Numbered from the stretch's first letter, positions 20,272-30,637 are shown. The stretch is 64,000 bases of DNA from an uncultured delta proteobacterium (GCA_963787125.1 CAWBBV010000007.1:32001-96000), one strand, 5' to 3'. Notes: a model not told the origin generated them from the sequence alone. Program-made: numbers and translations.

Positions 20272-21003
20272 ATGTCCCGGATGAAAAAGATTCTGCTTGT
20301 AGATGACGTCAAGCTGCTCATAGAAGCGCAAAAAAAGTTCCTGGCCTCATCCCCTGTGCAGATACTAACCGCCCATGACGGTGTTGAAGCCCTCGAAACG
20401 GCCCGCCGCGAACTCCCTGATCTGATAATAATGGACAAGTTCATGCCCAATATGGATGGTCTGACCTGCTGCCGCAAACTAAAGGACGACCCGGCTCTTG
20501 CCCATATCCCGATCATCATGGCTACTAACGCTGCAACGGCGACTGATAAACAGGAGTATCTCAGCGCCGGCTGTACTGATGTTCTCGCCAAGCCGCTAGA
20601 TTGCAGACTTTTTCTTGAGGCGATTAAAAAGCATATTCCAAATATCGAGTGTCGCACTGTCCGGGTTCCCCTGAACATCGAAATGCAAGTTCTTCACAAT
20701 GGAGCACATTACAAAGTTGTTACTGAGAATCTGAGCCTCAACGGCGCCTTTGCTGTGACAGAGCGGAATATTGCTGTCAATGATGAAGTGAAACTTACTT
20801 TTAAGCTACCGCAAAAAGAGGTTCCACTGGAGATTAAAGGACGGATTGTCTGGCAGCGCAAGAGTGGTATCGATACCGGTTTTGGAGTTGAGTTTATGGA
20901 GGTGCTCGGGCAAGGGATATCCATGCTCAGGACCCTTGAGCTCAAGACATTCGTAACTACATACATTTCGACTATAATACGGCCTGGTAGGGCAATGTAC
21001 TGA
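20272..21003 (+). CDS. response regulator with C-terminal PilZ domain
   Basis: REC domain (LLVDD, IIMD..MP.MDG, KP) followed by RTVRVP..ENLSLNG PilZ motifs. Confidence 0.88.
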   Translation: MSRMKKILLVDDVKLLIEAQKKFLASSPVQILTAHDGVEALETARRELPDLIIMDKFMPNMDGLTCCRKLKDDPALAHIPIIMATNAATATDKQEYLSAGCTDVLAKPLDCRLFLEAIKKHIPNIECRTVRVPLNIEMQVLHNGAHYKVVTENLSLNGAFAVTERNIAVNDEVKLTFKLPQKEVPLEIKGRIVWQRKSGIDTGFGVEFMEVLGQGISMLRTLELKTFVTTYISTIIRPGRAMY

Positions 21004-21021
21004 AGTCACACACCCGCGCAG

Positions 21022-22143
21022 TCAAGTCAGTGTACTACTAAAAACACCTGCAATCGCCCCCAGGAGTTTTTTATTGTCAGTCGCCCCTTTCACCGCAACC
21101 CTGAAAAAACGACTGTCGAGACCTTCAAAGTTGCTGCAATCACGAATCAGTATCAACTCCGGCAAAAGTTTATTTTGCAGCTCAGCCGCTGTCAGGCCGT
21201 TGTTGAGCTTGAGGAGCAGATAGTTAGCCGCACTCTCGAAGAGTTCAACCCCGTTCATTTTGGAAAAGCCGGCTATCAGCGTCTGCCGTTCTTCTTCAAT
21301 AACAGCTCTGGTCTGCCGGCAGTGATTACTGTCGGCAATGGCTGCAAGAGCAGCTGCCTGGGGAATAACCCCGACGCTCCAGGGTGGCAGGAAGCGTTTC
21401 AAACGCGCGGTAACCCCTGGTGAAGCAATTGAGTAGCCGACTCTTATCCCGGGAAAACCGAAAAATTTGGTCATTGAACGGAGTATCAGGCCGCTGTCCG
21501 CGGTAAGAATCAACTGTTTTGCGGAAAATTCTTCTGCAAAGTCGATAAAAGCCTCATCGAGAACGCAAAAACAGCCGCTGCTTCTGCAAAGACGGTAGAG
21601 AGTTTCAACCTCATCCAGAGAATATAGCTTTCCGGTTGGGTTGCCCGGATTGCAGAAAAAGAGAAGGTCATAGCCTTTTGCAAGTTCAACCGCTACTTTT
21701 TTGCAATCAAGAACAAACCCTCTTTCATGCTCCAGAGTGAGATAATCGAATTTCCAGCCGGCAAGCTCAAGGGCGTTGGCATACTCGGAAAATGCGGGCG
21801 CCAGCAGCAGCGCGCGACCGGTTGCGCGGCGAAAGAGTCGCGGTATCAGATGAATCAGTTCGGTGGAGCCGTTGGCAATGGCAATATTCTCAGGGGAAAG
21901 AGAGTGATAGGCTGCCAGAGCGCTGCAAAGAGCAGGTGAGCCAGCTTCCGGGTAGTGGCCGATCAGGTCAAAGGCAGTGGTGGTTGCGCTGCGAACCGCG
22001 ATGGCCGGGCCAAGAGGGTTTATGCTTGCAGAGAAGTCCAGAATCGAGTCAGGATGTACCTTCAACTCTCTTGCCATGGAAAAAACGGTGCCGCCGTGAC
22101 TGAATGACCTGTTCATTGAAAAACTGCTCTCCTCACTACTCAT
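21022..22143 (-). CDS. cobD: L-threonine-O-3-phosphate decarboxylase (alternative start 22116)
   Basis: HGG..., LDFSASINPLGP, CNPGNPTG, DEAFIDF, RSMTKFFGFPGIRVGY, IRDCSNFEGL. Confidence 0.88.
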   Translation of the reverse strand: MSSEESSFSMNRSFSHGGTVFSMARELKVHPDSILDFSASINPLGPAIAVRSATTTAFDLIGHYPEAGSPALCSALAAYHSLSPENIAIANGSTELIHLIPRLFRRATGRALLLAPAFSEYANALELAGWKFDYLTLEHERGFVLDCKKVAVELAKGYDLLFFCNPGNPTGKLYSLDEVETLYRLCRSSGCFCVLDEAFIDFAEEFSAKQLILTADSGLILRSMTKFFGFPGIRVGYSIASPGVTARLKRFLPPWSVGVIPQAAALAAIADSNHCRQTRAVIEEERQTLIAGFSKMNGVELFESAANYLLLKLNNGLTAAELQNKLLPELILIRDCSNFEGLDSRFFRVAVKGATDNKKLLGAIAGVFSSTLT

Positions 22144-23140
22144 AAATCTTCGCCATAATCTGAACTTTTTCGGTTAGTTCCAGACGAAGATCCGGCGGTT
22201 CCAGAAGTTCGACATGACCGCCGTAAGAGAGTATCCAGGCGATTATCTCCATCCTGCCACCCGCTGTAAAGCTCAATTCAATACTGCCATCACGGAGTTT
22301 TTCAATTTTCTGATTTGGCTGCCATATCCGGTCAACAATTGAATGAGCAACCTGGCTGCTGAAGCGAAGGCGCAGCTTAAGAGGCGATTCGCTGACAATA
22401 CCAAAAGCCTCTCTGAACTGTTCTTCAGGTTGGTATTCAGCTGGAATTTCGAATCGTTCATGTTCTGTCACTATACCGTGTATTCGTTCAACGGCGAACG
22501 TTCTGACACTTTTGCGGTTATGTGCATACCCCTGGAGATAGAGTCCGCCTTTATGAAAAATGAAAGAGTATGGGTCAACGGAGTAATGCACAGGTTTTTT
22601 CCCAGTAGGAGTTTTATAAAGGAGCTTTATCTTCTGCTGGAAAAGAAGCGCCGTGCGCAACCCGGATAACAGGTTGGCAGCCTTGGAGTAGTCGCGTCTA
22701 CCCTGCATCAGCGGCAGTGTAATCCTTGAAAGTCTTTCCAGGTGAGCGGCGTAGCGTGGGGGGAGCACCGAGTTAATCTTGCCGAAAACACTCTCAAGAT
22801 CGTCATGGAAAGGTGTCCCCTGAAGTATCTCAAGCTGAGAGCGGAGGAAATAAAGTGTCAACAGTTCCTGGAGGGTAAATCCTATGGGCGGAACATCCTT
22901 GAAGCCGGTGATGAAACGGTACAGCTTGCGGTTACCTGACCAATCAGCTATCAGCGGGTAGCCTGCCGCCGCAATTGCGTTCAAGTCACGATGAATCGTG
23001 CGCCGGTCAACTTTGCCCTCTTCGGCAAGATCTTCAAGTGAAATGCCATGACGGGATTCTAGCAGGCGGATAGTATCATGCAACCGAGCCGCTTGTGAGT
23101 ATTTTTTAGCCGGTTTGCCAGGCCTGTTTTTCTGGGTCAT
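22136..23140 (-). CDS. HTH + WYL/WCX transcriptional regulator (YafY/PafC-like), core-genome context
   Basis: N-terminal wHTH (RRTIHRDL), WYL domain (VDPY..GGLYLQG..RTFAVERI), WCX (WILSYGGHVELLEP). Confidence 0.9.
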   Translation of the reverse strand: MTQKNRPGKPAKKYSQAARLHDTIRLLESRHGISLEDLAEEGKVDRRTIHRDLNAIAAAGYPLIADWSGNRKLYRFITGFKDVPPIGFTLQELLTLYFLRSQLEILQGTPFHDDLESVFGKINSVLPPRYAAHLERLSRITLPLMQGRRDYSKAANLLSGLRTALLFQQKIKLLYKTPTGKKPVHYSVDPYSFIFHKGGLYLQGYAHNRKSVRTFAVERIHGIVTEHERFEIPAEYQPEEQFREAFGIVSESPLKLRLRFSSQVAHSIVDRIWQPNQKIEKLRDGSIELSFTAGGRMEIIAWILSYGGHVELLEPPDLRLELTEKVQIMAKIYE

Positions 23141-23161
23141 TTATAGGGGGGATCTCGAACC

Positions 23162-23647
23162 TTACTCTCTGAAGTTCACAAATTGCATCTCTACGTCAAG
23201 ATCCTTCCCCCGAAGAAGGGCAATCGCTTCCTGCAGATCGTCACGGTTTTTGCCAGTGACCCGAACCTGGTCATCCTGGATTTGCGCCTGCACCTTGATT
23301 TTGCTCTCTTTAATGACGGCAATGATCTCTTTGCCTTTCTCTTTGCTGATCCCTACCTGCACGGTTATTATCTGCCGCACCATGCTGCCGGAGGCCGGCT
23401 CTGCCTTGCCGTACTGGAGTGATTTTATCGAAATATTCCGTTTGATGAACTTCGACTGAAGCACGTCAATGACGGCTTTAAGCTTGAAGTCGTCATCGGC
23501 GAGAACCTTGATCGACTCATTTTCACGGTTAATTTCCGCTTTGGAGCCTTTGAAGTCGTAGCGCTGACCAATCTCCTTGACTGACTGGTTGACCGCATTG
23601 TCAACCTCCTGCATATCCACTTTTGAAACAATGTCGAATGACGGCAT
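23162..23647 (-). CDS. yajQ: YajQ nucleotide/c-di-GMP-binding protein
   Basis: [21 protein letters not shown]...RYDFKGS...[13 protein letters not shown]...QFVNFRE. Confidence 0.96.
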   Translation of the reverse strand: MPSFDIVSKVDMQEVDNAVNQSVKEIGQRYDFKGSKAEINRENESIKVLADDDFKLKAVIDVLQSKFIKRNISIKSLQYGKAEPASGSMVRQIITVQVGISKEKGKEIIAVIKESKIKVQAQIQDDQVRVTGKNRDDLQEAIALLRGKDLDVEMQFVNFRE

Positions 23648-23670
23648 ATTGAAGCCTCCTGGAAGAAATC

Positions 23671-23720
23671 AGGTAAAGGTAGAGGTAAAGAAAAATGTTC
23701 TACCTTTACCTCTACCTTTA
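23671..23720. repeat. palindromic hexanucleotide (AGGTAR) repeat element
   Basis: TAAAGGTAGAGGTAAAG (23674-23690) and its exact reverse complement (23704-23720), 13-nt loop. Confidence 0.8.
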
Positions 23721-23721
23721 A

Positions 23722-24450
23722 CTATTGTTTTATTATTTCCACCCCTAAGGGTGGCTTGAATGAAAACCGATCTGCTGCAAACCCGGTGTTTATTCTGATA
23801 TTACTGTATTCGATAGTTGTGCGGTTGCCAAGCTGATCAACGAGAACCGATGCTGCAATCGGGAAAAAAACCGAGTTCTCGGTGCGCGCTTTTTCTATTG
23901 ATGTGTCCGAAATGGAGAGCAGTAGTTTTGCTACGGCACTATTCTGTTTTTTGGGGGTAAGCTCAAGCTGGTAGAGTCCTTTTTTGTCAGGAACATCTGT
24001 CATAAGTTTTATGTTGAAATCTTCAGCCAGGCTGCCAAGGCCGGTCAGATAACTTATGGCAATTCCGTTGCCGCCGGAAAAGAGTTTTGCCGTGTCAGTG
24101 AGGATGACCTGCCTGTTTTCGGGGAGATAGTACCAGACATTTTTGCCATTGGAAATGATCTGCTGTTTAGGTCTTAAGTAGTTGAAGCGAAACTGGGCGC
24201 TGCCCCCCCTTTTTTTAAGGAAAAGTTCGCCGGAACCTTTCTCTTCCCTTTTGAGGCTGGCTATATAGGTTCTCTGGCTGAAGTCGGCATGGAGATCCTC
24301 CATGGAGCCATACCCTTTTTTGAGCGCCGCAAGAATTTCCTGAAGATCCGTCTTTTCAGCAGCAGAAGCAGCTGAAGCCAGCAGAAGGGTTAGAGCGACT
24401 GCTCCTGCCAAGTAACTTTTTATTAGTAAGTAAGAAGTTATTTTCTGCAT
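23722..24450 (-). CDS. LolA-family outer-membrane lipoprotein carrier protein
   Basis: Signal peptide; ADFSQ, FRFNY..PKQQIISNGKNVWYY.PENRQV, F.F.PP.GVEII; start chosen at ATG 24450. Confidence 0.85.
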   Translation of the reverse strand: MQKITSYLLIKSYLAGAVALTLLLASAASAAEKTDLQEILAALKKGYGSMEDLHADFSQRTYIASLKREEKGSGELFLKKRGGSAQFRFNYLRPKQQIISNGKNVWYYLPENRQVILTDTAKLFSGGNGIAISYLTGLGSLAEDFNIKLMTDVPDKKGLYQLELTPKKQNSAVAKLLLSISDTSIEKARTENSVFFPIAASVLVDQLGNRTTIEYSNIRINTGFAADRFSFKPPLGVEIIKQ

Positions 24451-24515
24451 GTTTCTGGCAGAAAATAACTTCGTTAACGCACTTATCCTGTTTATCAGGG
24501 TTAGGGTGATAAATT

Positions 24516-25328
24516 TCATCTTGCCACCGGGGGACGCACTACCTGTGCATTTGGTGGGACATCAAAACTGAAAAGCATATCGGAAACCATACTGTTTGTC
24601 CTTGCATTGCTGAATTCCATAGTGGTGCTGTTGCCATCATGGTCAATCACTGTTGTTGAGAGAATCGGGAACGGGTTCAAATCCGGCATTCTGCCCGGGG
24701 GCAGACCTGTTGTGCGTGGACTGGTGCCGGTCTTGCTTGCTACGGCCTCTTTGTTGACGGTAATGAAGAGTTTTTCTATGGTAGCACTGGCTCTTTTCGG
24801 GGTTAGTTCGAGGATGAAATTACCGGCCTGATCAGCAATTATCTTATTGAAAACAATATTGAAATCCTTGGATATTCGCCCAAGCCCTTGCAAGAAATTA
24901 ATGCCTCTGTCCCGCACTGAGTTGGCTCTTGATGGCTCGAAAAACTCGGCTACATCACTCAGAATCACCTGCCTGTTCTCAGGAAGATATATCCAGAGGG
25001 TCCGGCCATCGCAAACAACTTCCTGTCTTGTCGGACGGTAATAATTAAAGCGGAATTTAAGAGCGTCCTTGCTGGATGCCGGCTTAAGATACATCTCCCC
25101 TTCAGCCCGAAACTCTTTTTTCTTTTCGGCAATTGTTGATCTTTGGAAAAAATCGGCTCTGACGTCGGCGATTTCGGGAAAGCCGTTGTTGCCGGGAGTA
25201 AAAGGTTTTTCAACTGTGGCGATAACTTCATTAAGGCTTATATTGTATTTTGGCGGCTGTAACGCCAAGGCCGGAAGAACCTGTAGTCCGATAAGCAGCA
25301 GAACGGCTGGTAGTCTGGAAAAGCCCAT
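24516..25328 (-). CDS. LolA-family protein (second paralogue)
   Basis: ADFFQ, FRFNYYRPTRQEVVCDGRTLWIYLPENRQV, FSFDVPPNAQVV. Confidence 0.85.
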   Translation of the reverse strand: MGFSRLPAVLLLIGLQVLPALALQPPKYNISLNEVIATVEKPFTPGNNGFPEIADVRADFFQRSTIAEKKKEFRAEGEMYLKPASSKDALKFRFNYYRPTRQEVVCDGRTLWIYLPENRQVILSDVAEFFEPSRANSVRDRGINFLQGLGRISKDFNIVFNKIIADQAGNFILELTPKRASATIEKLFITVNKEAVASKTGTSPRTTGLPPGRMPDLNPFPILSTTVIDHDGNSTTMEFSNARTNSMVSDMLFSFDVPPNAQVVRPPVAR

Positions 25329-25339
25329 GAATGCCCCCT

Positions 25340-26947
25340 TTACAGAATCTTACTGAGAATATCAATTATAAAGACAATTTCACCGTTGCCAAGCACTGTT
25401 GCACCGTTGATTCTGTGAAGGGCGGTAAGCGGACGATGAAGTGGTTTTACAAAAACTTCCTGGTTGCCAAGGAGCTGATCGACTTGAATTCCTGTCTTGC
25501 AGCCTTTAAGCTCAGTGACAAATAACTGAATAGATTCTTTATTGTGCCGATTTCCCGGGAGGTTAAGAAGTTGGCTTAAAGGGACAATCGGAATGGTCTC
25601 ATCGCCGAGGAAAAAGAATTCACCACCGTCCATTGCTACAAGATCTTCTGTTTTCAACTCCATAGTTGTATTCACCGCAGTCAGCGGCAGAGCAATGGTA
25701 AAGGTGCCGACTTTTACCAGTAGAACATTGATAATGGCAATTGTTAGTGGCAAGCGGAGGAGAAATGAAGAGCCTTTGCCAGCTTCACTGGCTATCGAAA
25801 GTGAGCCTCCCATGCACTGAATGGCGGTTCTGACCACGTCCATCCCGACCCCCCTGCCGGAAACAGATGTGACCTTTTCCGTTGTTGAGAAGCCGGGGTG
25901 GCAGATCAGCAGCAGTTTTTCATCGGCAGTAAGTGTAGCACACTTCTCTTTTGACAGAAAACCTTTGGTAATCGCAGCAGCAACTATTTTTTCAGGGTCT
26001 ATCCCGGAGCCATCATCCTCAATGTTAATGACAACCTGATCTTTTTGCCTGGTAATGGAGACAGTGATTTTTCCGCCAGGGGATTTACCTTTGCCGGTTC
26101 TTGCAGAAGTTGTTTCTATCCCATGATCGACAGCGTTGCGGAGCAGATGGGCGAGAGGGTCTCCAAGAAGCTCAAGGATGCTGCGGTCGAGTTCTATTTC
26201 CGCCCCTTTAATGGCAAAAGTGATCTCTTTACCGGATTTGCGTGCCAGATCACGGACCATACGCGGGAATCTTTCTGTTACCAGTGAAAGCGGCATGAGC
26301 CGGATTGCCATGACTTGATCGTGAAGTTCACGCAGGTGTTTGTCGAGAGACCGCAGCGCAGCGGAAGTTTCATAATTACGACTGTTTTTCGCAAGCATGG
26401 TCAGCCGGTGCTTGACAGTGATCAGCTCGCCGGTGGTATCCAGAAACCGGTCGAGAACCGCCGTTTTTACTTTGACTGTTTGCATTGCAAGCGATTCTTC
26501 CAGGGAAAGTTCAATCGGAATCTGTTCGGGTGCAGCTTCAGCGCTTTGCCGGGCTTCAGGTGGGTGAGTGAACTCGTCCGGATAGGCGGTAATTTTTGCA
26601 AGAAGATCACCGCCTTCAAGATTTCCGCTGCCGCCGTCAGCTATATCAGCCAGCATTTTAGAGAGCATTGCTTCACCCTCAAGCAGGAGGTCAAAGAGTC
26701 CGGCATCGACAGTGATCCCTTTTCTGACTCTGTCCATGAGGTCTTCCATTTTGTGAGCAACATCTGCAACAGTATCAAAGCCCATGGATGCGGCCATGCC
26801 TTTTACCGAATGAGCTGATCTGAAAAGGGAATCAATGGTTGGTTTATCAGTATGGTCAGACTCAAGGGCAACAGCGAGCGCTGAAATGTTTTTCAGATGC
26901 TCACGGGCTTCCGTGAGAAAGAGATCATGATATTGTGACATATCCAT
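25340..26947 (-). CDS. cheA: chemotaxis histidine kinase CheA (DifE-like, no recognisable P2)
   Basis: Hpt FRSAHSVKG, HLLRNAVDHG, DDGSG, SGRGVGMDVV, C-terminal CheW-like domain. Confidence 0.94.
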   Translation of the reverse strand: MDMSQYHDLFLTEAREHLKNISALAVALESDHTDKPTIDSLFRSAHSVKGMAASMGFDTVADVAHKMEDLMDRVRKGITVDAGLFDLLLEGEAMLSKMLADIADGGSGNLEGGDLLAKITAYPDEFTHPPEARQSAEAAPEQIPIELSLEESLAMQTVKVKTAVLDRFLDTTGELITVKHRLTMLAKNSRNYETSAALRSLDKHLRELHDQVMAIRLMPLSLVTERFPRMVRDLARKSGKEITFAIKGAEIELDRSILELLGDPLAHLLRNAVDHGIETTSARTGKGKSPGGKITVSITRQKDQVVINIEDDGSGIDPEKIVAAAITKGFLSKEKCATLTADEKLLLICHPGFSTTEKVTSVSGRGVGMDVVRTAIQCMGGSLSIASEAGKGSSFLLRLPLTIAIINVLLVKVGTFTIALPLTAVNTTMELKTEDLVAMDGGEFFFLGDETIPIVPLSQLLNLPGNRHNKESIQLFVTELKGCKTGIQVDQLLGNQEVFVKPLHRPLTALHRINGATVLGNGEIVFIIDILSKIL

Positions 26948-27010
26948 GGAGCTTGTCCTTGATTACTGCAGGAGCCAGTCGGGCCTGGATTTTCCAAGTC
27001 CGGCCGGCGC

Positions 27011-27436
27011 TTAGGAAACTAACGCCTTTTCAACAGATAGAAGCAGAGTTTCAAGGTTCAAAAGGGCAAATTCCCCTTCCGGGAGGGTAAAGATTGTCTG
27101 CTCGAATTCAGCGGAGCCAGCCGCAAAGGAGATGATGTCAGAGGCTAAAATCATTCGCTCCATCTGCTCTACAACAAAGGCCAGGGCTGTGTCAGGCATC
27201 TTCAGAAGTAGCAGGTTATGCGCATTGCAAACAGGGCCGCTGCCGAGATACATGGAGAGATCAAGAACTGCTGCGAGCTTGCCATGGATATTTACCACGC
27301 CACGGAGGAAGCGGGGTGAATCCGGTATGGGATATTCCGGCAACAGCTCGGCTATTTCATCGACAGCTGCGACATTAACTGCATAGCGGCGCCCGCCGGT
27401 GGAGAAGAGCATATACCTGTCAACGGCATTATTCAT
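27011..27436 (-). CDS. cheW: CheW-like coupling protein
   Basis: PIPDSPRFLRGVVNIHGKLAAVLDL; start overlaps the MCP stop. Confidence 0.88.
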   Translation of the reverse strand: MNNAVDRYMLFSTGGRRYAVNVAAVDEIAELLPEYPIPDSPRFLRGVVNIHGKLAAVLDLSMYLGSGPVCNAHNLLLLKMPDTALAFVVEQMERMILASDIISFAAGSAEFEQTIFTLPEGEFALLNLETLLLSVEKALVS

Positions 27437-28712
27437 GCTCTTGCAGCAGGTCTGCCGGTAGCCTGAATCGCTCAACAGCGCTCAAAAGATCGGTCGCCAG
27501 AACTGCCAGCTCTCTGGTTGCAGCCGCCATCTCCTGCATTGCAGCCGACTGCTCTTCAGTTGCTGCAGAGACCTGTTCGGTTGCAGCGGCATTGTCCTCG
27601 GCAACCTTTGTAATCTCATCAATGGTTTTTACCATCTTCTGGGTGCCGTCACTTTGCATGCTGGAGAGATCTGCAATGCTGTTTGCTTTGCGCTCTGCCT
27701 CCATGACTGTTTGAACAATGGACTGGAAAACCGCGGCGGTACTGTTGATTTTTTTCTTACCCTCATTTACCTGTCTTGAACTTGAGGCAAAAGTATCTCG
27801 AACCTTGACGCTGTCCTCTTTTATCAGGCCGACAAGATCGATGATTTCAGAAGCGGAGCGGCTTGTGCCGTCAGCAAGCTTGCGTACCTCTTCGGCAACG
27901 ACTGTAAAGCCTTTGCCATATTCGCCGGCACGAACAGCTTCTATCGAGGCGTTGAGCGCCAGCATATTTGTCTGGCGAGCAATCTCGACAATTATGTCGG
28001 CAATTTTGCCGACTTGCTGAAGCTTGCCGTTGAGTTCGGCAAACTGATGCCCGGTGTACTCGACTGTTTCTAGAAACTCTTTCATCAGATCCATTGTCTG
28101 TCTGGCCAGGTCAGTTCCCTGCTGTGCAGTGGCTGTTGTATCTCTTGCCGACTGGGCGGATTCTTTGGCCCTGTTGGCTACAAGTTCTACAGAAACAGCA
28201 AGTTCATGGATAAGTGTTGAGCCTTTTCCTGCCATCTCTGCCTGAACCTCTGCACCGTGGGAGATCTGTTCAAGGGCTTTGGCAATTTCTTCTGTGGTTG
28301 CATTCACTTCCAAAGTTGTCGAAGAGAGCGTGTGCGCAGATTCGGAAACCTGTCCTGATGCCAGGCGGATCTGACTTACCAGTCCGCGGAGATTATCTGC
28401 CATCAGGTTTATCGAGTTGGCTATGCCGATAGTTTCATCCGGGAAAACCTTTGACTTTATCTCAAGCTCTTCGGAAAGATCCCCGGCGCTGATAGCTTCC
28501 ACCGAAGCTGTGATTTTGCCGATATTCCGGCTCAAACCTTTTGTCAGGAGCCATCCCAGTATCAGGCCGGTAGTGAGAGCTACAGCAGAGGCAAAGATGT
28601 GGGTCATCTCTTGTGAGTAGCCGAGAGCCATAACAATTGAAGGGGAAAATTCAACTGCAGCAACAACGAGGATAATTCCCAGAATAAATTTGTAGCCGAT
28701 AGGGATGTACAT
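27429..28712 (-). CDS. methyl-accepting chemotaxis protein (DifA-like; 2 TM, no periplasmic sensor)
   Basis: Two adjacent TM helices, HAMP, IARQTNMLALNASIEAVRAGEYGKGF.VVAEEVRKLA. Confidence 0.93.
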   Translation of the reverse strand: MYIPIGYKFILGIILVVAAVEFSPSIVMALGYSQEMTHIFASAVALTTGLILGWLLTKGLSRNIGKITASVEAISAGDLSEELEIKSKVFPDETIGIANSINLMADNLRGLVSQIRLASGQVSESAHTLSSTTLEVNATTEEIAKALEQISHGAEVQAEMAGKGSTLIHELAVSVELVANRAKESAQSARDTTATAQQGTDLARQTMDLMKEFLETVEYTGHQFAELNGKLQQVGKIADIIVEIARQTNMLALNASIEAVRAGEYGKGFTVVAEEVRKLADGTSRSASEIIDLVGLIKEDSVKVRDTFASSSRQVNEGKKKINSTAAVFQSIVQTVMEAERKANSIADLSSMQSDGTQKMVKTIDEITKVAEDNAAATEQVSAATEEQSAAMQEMAAATRELAVLATDLLSAVERFRLPADLLQEHE

Positions 28713-28741
28713 TTTCAGCCTCCTTGCAAAAAAAACAGTAG

Positions 28742-29632
28742 TTATATAACTCCCAACGGGCGGTATATCCTTTCCAGCGGGCAGACTGTCTGGAATTGGC
28801 TCCTGGTTTCACCGAGGATTGTTTCAGACTTGCCGAGGACAAGAAGGCCGGTGTTTCCCAGGGCACTGGCGATATTCCGGAGGACTTTTTCCTGCTGTTC
28901 ACGAGCAAAGTAGATCAGTACATTGCGGCAGAGCAACAGATCGCACTTTTGATAGATAAGATTGTTGAACATCTCACCTTGTTTGAAGCTGACCATTTTT
29001 CTTATGGCAGGGGCTAGATTATATTGAGTACCCTCTTCGGTAAAATATTTTTCAATGTAGTTACTCGGCGTTTCCAACAGACGATCATAATTGTAGGTAG
29101 CTTTTTCGGCGTTCTGGAGAATGGCGCTATCCACGTCGGTCCCTTCGATTATGACAGGGATCTCCTCCATTTCGCGGGAAAAGTGTTCCGCAAGAATCAA
29201 GGCAAGTGAGTAGGGTTCTTCGCCACTGGCGCAGCCAAGACTCCAGAAACGGAGGCTCTTTGTCCTGTTTTGTCTGGCCAGGGTAAAAAGATGCGGGATA
29301 ATTTCAGTGCGCAATTTTTCAAATGTGGTCAAGTTGCGGAAAAACTGGCTCACATGAATGGTGAGCACCTTAACCAGCAGATCTATCTCCGTTTTCTCAG
29401 CCAAAAGCAGGTCGCAATAGTCTTTAACTGTTGCGCAGTGATTTGCCCTGATTCGAATCGCGATTCTTCGCCTGACGCATTTATCCTTATAGGCTTCAAG
29501 GTTGAAGCCGCGATTGAAAAGCAGGATTTTGCGGATCTGCGTGAATTCCTGTTCCGAGATCTCAAAGGAGGACTGTTCTGAAACCCGGAGCGGTCCTTCC
29601 GGAGCTATCGTTAATGCTGCATCAGCTGACAA
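28742..29632 (-). CDS. cheR: chemotaxis methyltransferase CheR
   Basis: TIHVSQFFRN, WSLGCASGEEPYS, CRNVLIYF, LGKSE. Confidence 0.94.
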   Translation of the reverse strand: MSADAALTIAPEGPLRVSEQSSFEISEQEFTQIRKILLFNRGFNLEAYKDKCVRRRIAIRIRANHCATVKDYCDLLLAEKTEIDLLVKVLTIHVSQFFRNLTTFEKLRTEIIPHLFTLARQNRTKSLRFWSLGCASGEEPYSLALILAEHFSREMEEIPVIIEGTDVDSAILQNAEKATYNYDRLLETPSNYIEKYFTEEGTQYNLAPAIRKMVSFKQGEMFNNLIYQKCDLLLCRNVLIYFAREQQEKVLRNIASALGNTGLLVLGKSETILGETRSQFQTVCPLERIYRPLGVI

Positions 29633-30637
29633 TTAGCAGGCTCCCTTTTCAGTTTCAATGAAGTGGTCATAACCACTGGAGACAGCGTCATAGCAACTCC
29701 CGTCGCTAAGAGCAAGATAGAGACCCGTTGCTTCGGTTATCTCGCCAATAACGGTAATGACTACCCCCGTATCTGCCGCCGCCACCTCAGCTTCTTTCAG
29801 CTTTGAAGGGGCGAGAGTGAAGAGGAGTTCGTAATCTTCACCGCCGCAAAGGGGTAGACGGTAATAGTCGGCCGAGTTTTTACCGACATAATGTTTAAAG
29901 TCGCTGGAAAGCGGGATGCTGTCGAGGCAGATTCGCGCCCCCTTTAGCGAAGCTGCAAGGATATGGCCGAGATCAGCATACAGACCGTCACTGATGTCTA
30001 TCATGGCAGAAGGAATAGCTCTGGCTGCCAGGGCTTTACCGAGTTCTACCCTCGGAACAGGGTTTAGATGTCTATTTACGGCGTCTCCAGAGCGTGAACC
30101 GCTTTTGAGCAGATTCAACCCGAGAGCAGAATCCCCAAGCGTTCCACTTACACAGATCAATTCTCCCGCCGCGGCGCCGCTACGTTTGACTATTTTTTCA
30201 GGATACTGCTCACCCAGCAGGGTGACATTTATCACTAGAGAGTCTTTTGCCGAGGAGGTGTCTCCGCCGATGAGCGAAACTCCGTATTTTTCAGCCTGTT
30301 CCAGAAAGCCGCTGATAAAGCTTTCCATAAACTCGAAAGAGAGTTTCGTCGGGATGGCAAGTGATAGCAGGGCGTAGCGTGGGTTTCCACCCATGGCAGC
30401 AATGTCGGAGAGGTTGACGGCAAGAGATTTGCGACCGAGGTCGGTGGCGTCGCTCCAGGCGAGATCGAAATGAATCCCTTCAGCCAACAGATCGGCCGTA
30501 GAAAGCAGCGCCATCCCGGGGGTCAGGCTGGTTGCTGCCGCATCGTCACCTATGCCGAGAAGGATGCCAGGGCTTTTGCGGCACCTCTCTCGCACACTGT
30601 TAATAAAGCCGAACTCGCCGATCTCGGAGAGTTTCAA
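29633..30637 (-). CDS. thiL: thiamine-monophosphate kinase
   Basis: GEFGFI, GIGDDAA, NLSDIAAMG, GGDT, DISDGL, GGEDYELLF, GYDHF. Confidence 0.96.
   Translation of the reverse strand: MKLSEIGEFGFINSVRERCRKSPGILLGIGDDAAATSLTPGMALLSTADLLAEGIHFDLAWSDATDLGRKSLAVNLSDIAAMGGNPRYALLSLAIPTKLSFEFMESFISGFLEQAEKYGVSLIGGDTSSAKDSLVINVTLLGEQYPEKIVKRSGAAAGELICVSGTLGDSALGLNLLKSGSRSGDAVNRHLNPVPRVELGKALAARAIPSAMIDISDGLYADLGHILAASLKGARICLDSIPLSSDFKHYVGKNSADYYRLPLCGGEDYELLFTLAPSKLKEAEVAAADTGVVITVIGEITEATGLYLALSDGSCYDAVSSGYDHFIETEKGAC

Noticed and set aside
22136..23140. First WYL gene as part of a defence system
   Set aside because: Embedded in a housekeeping operon (yajQ-WYL-cobD) with no defence neighbours; kept only as an alternative binder of the island boxes.
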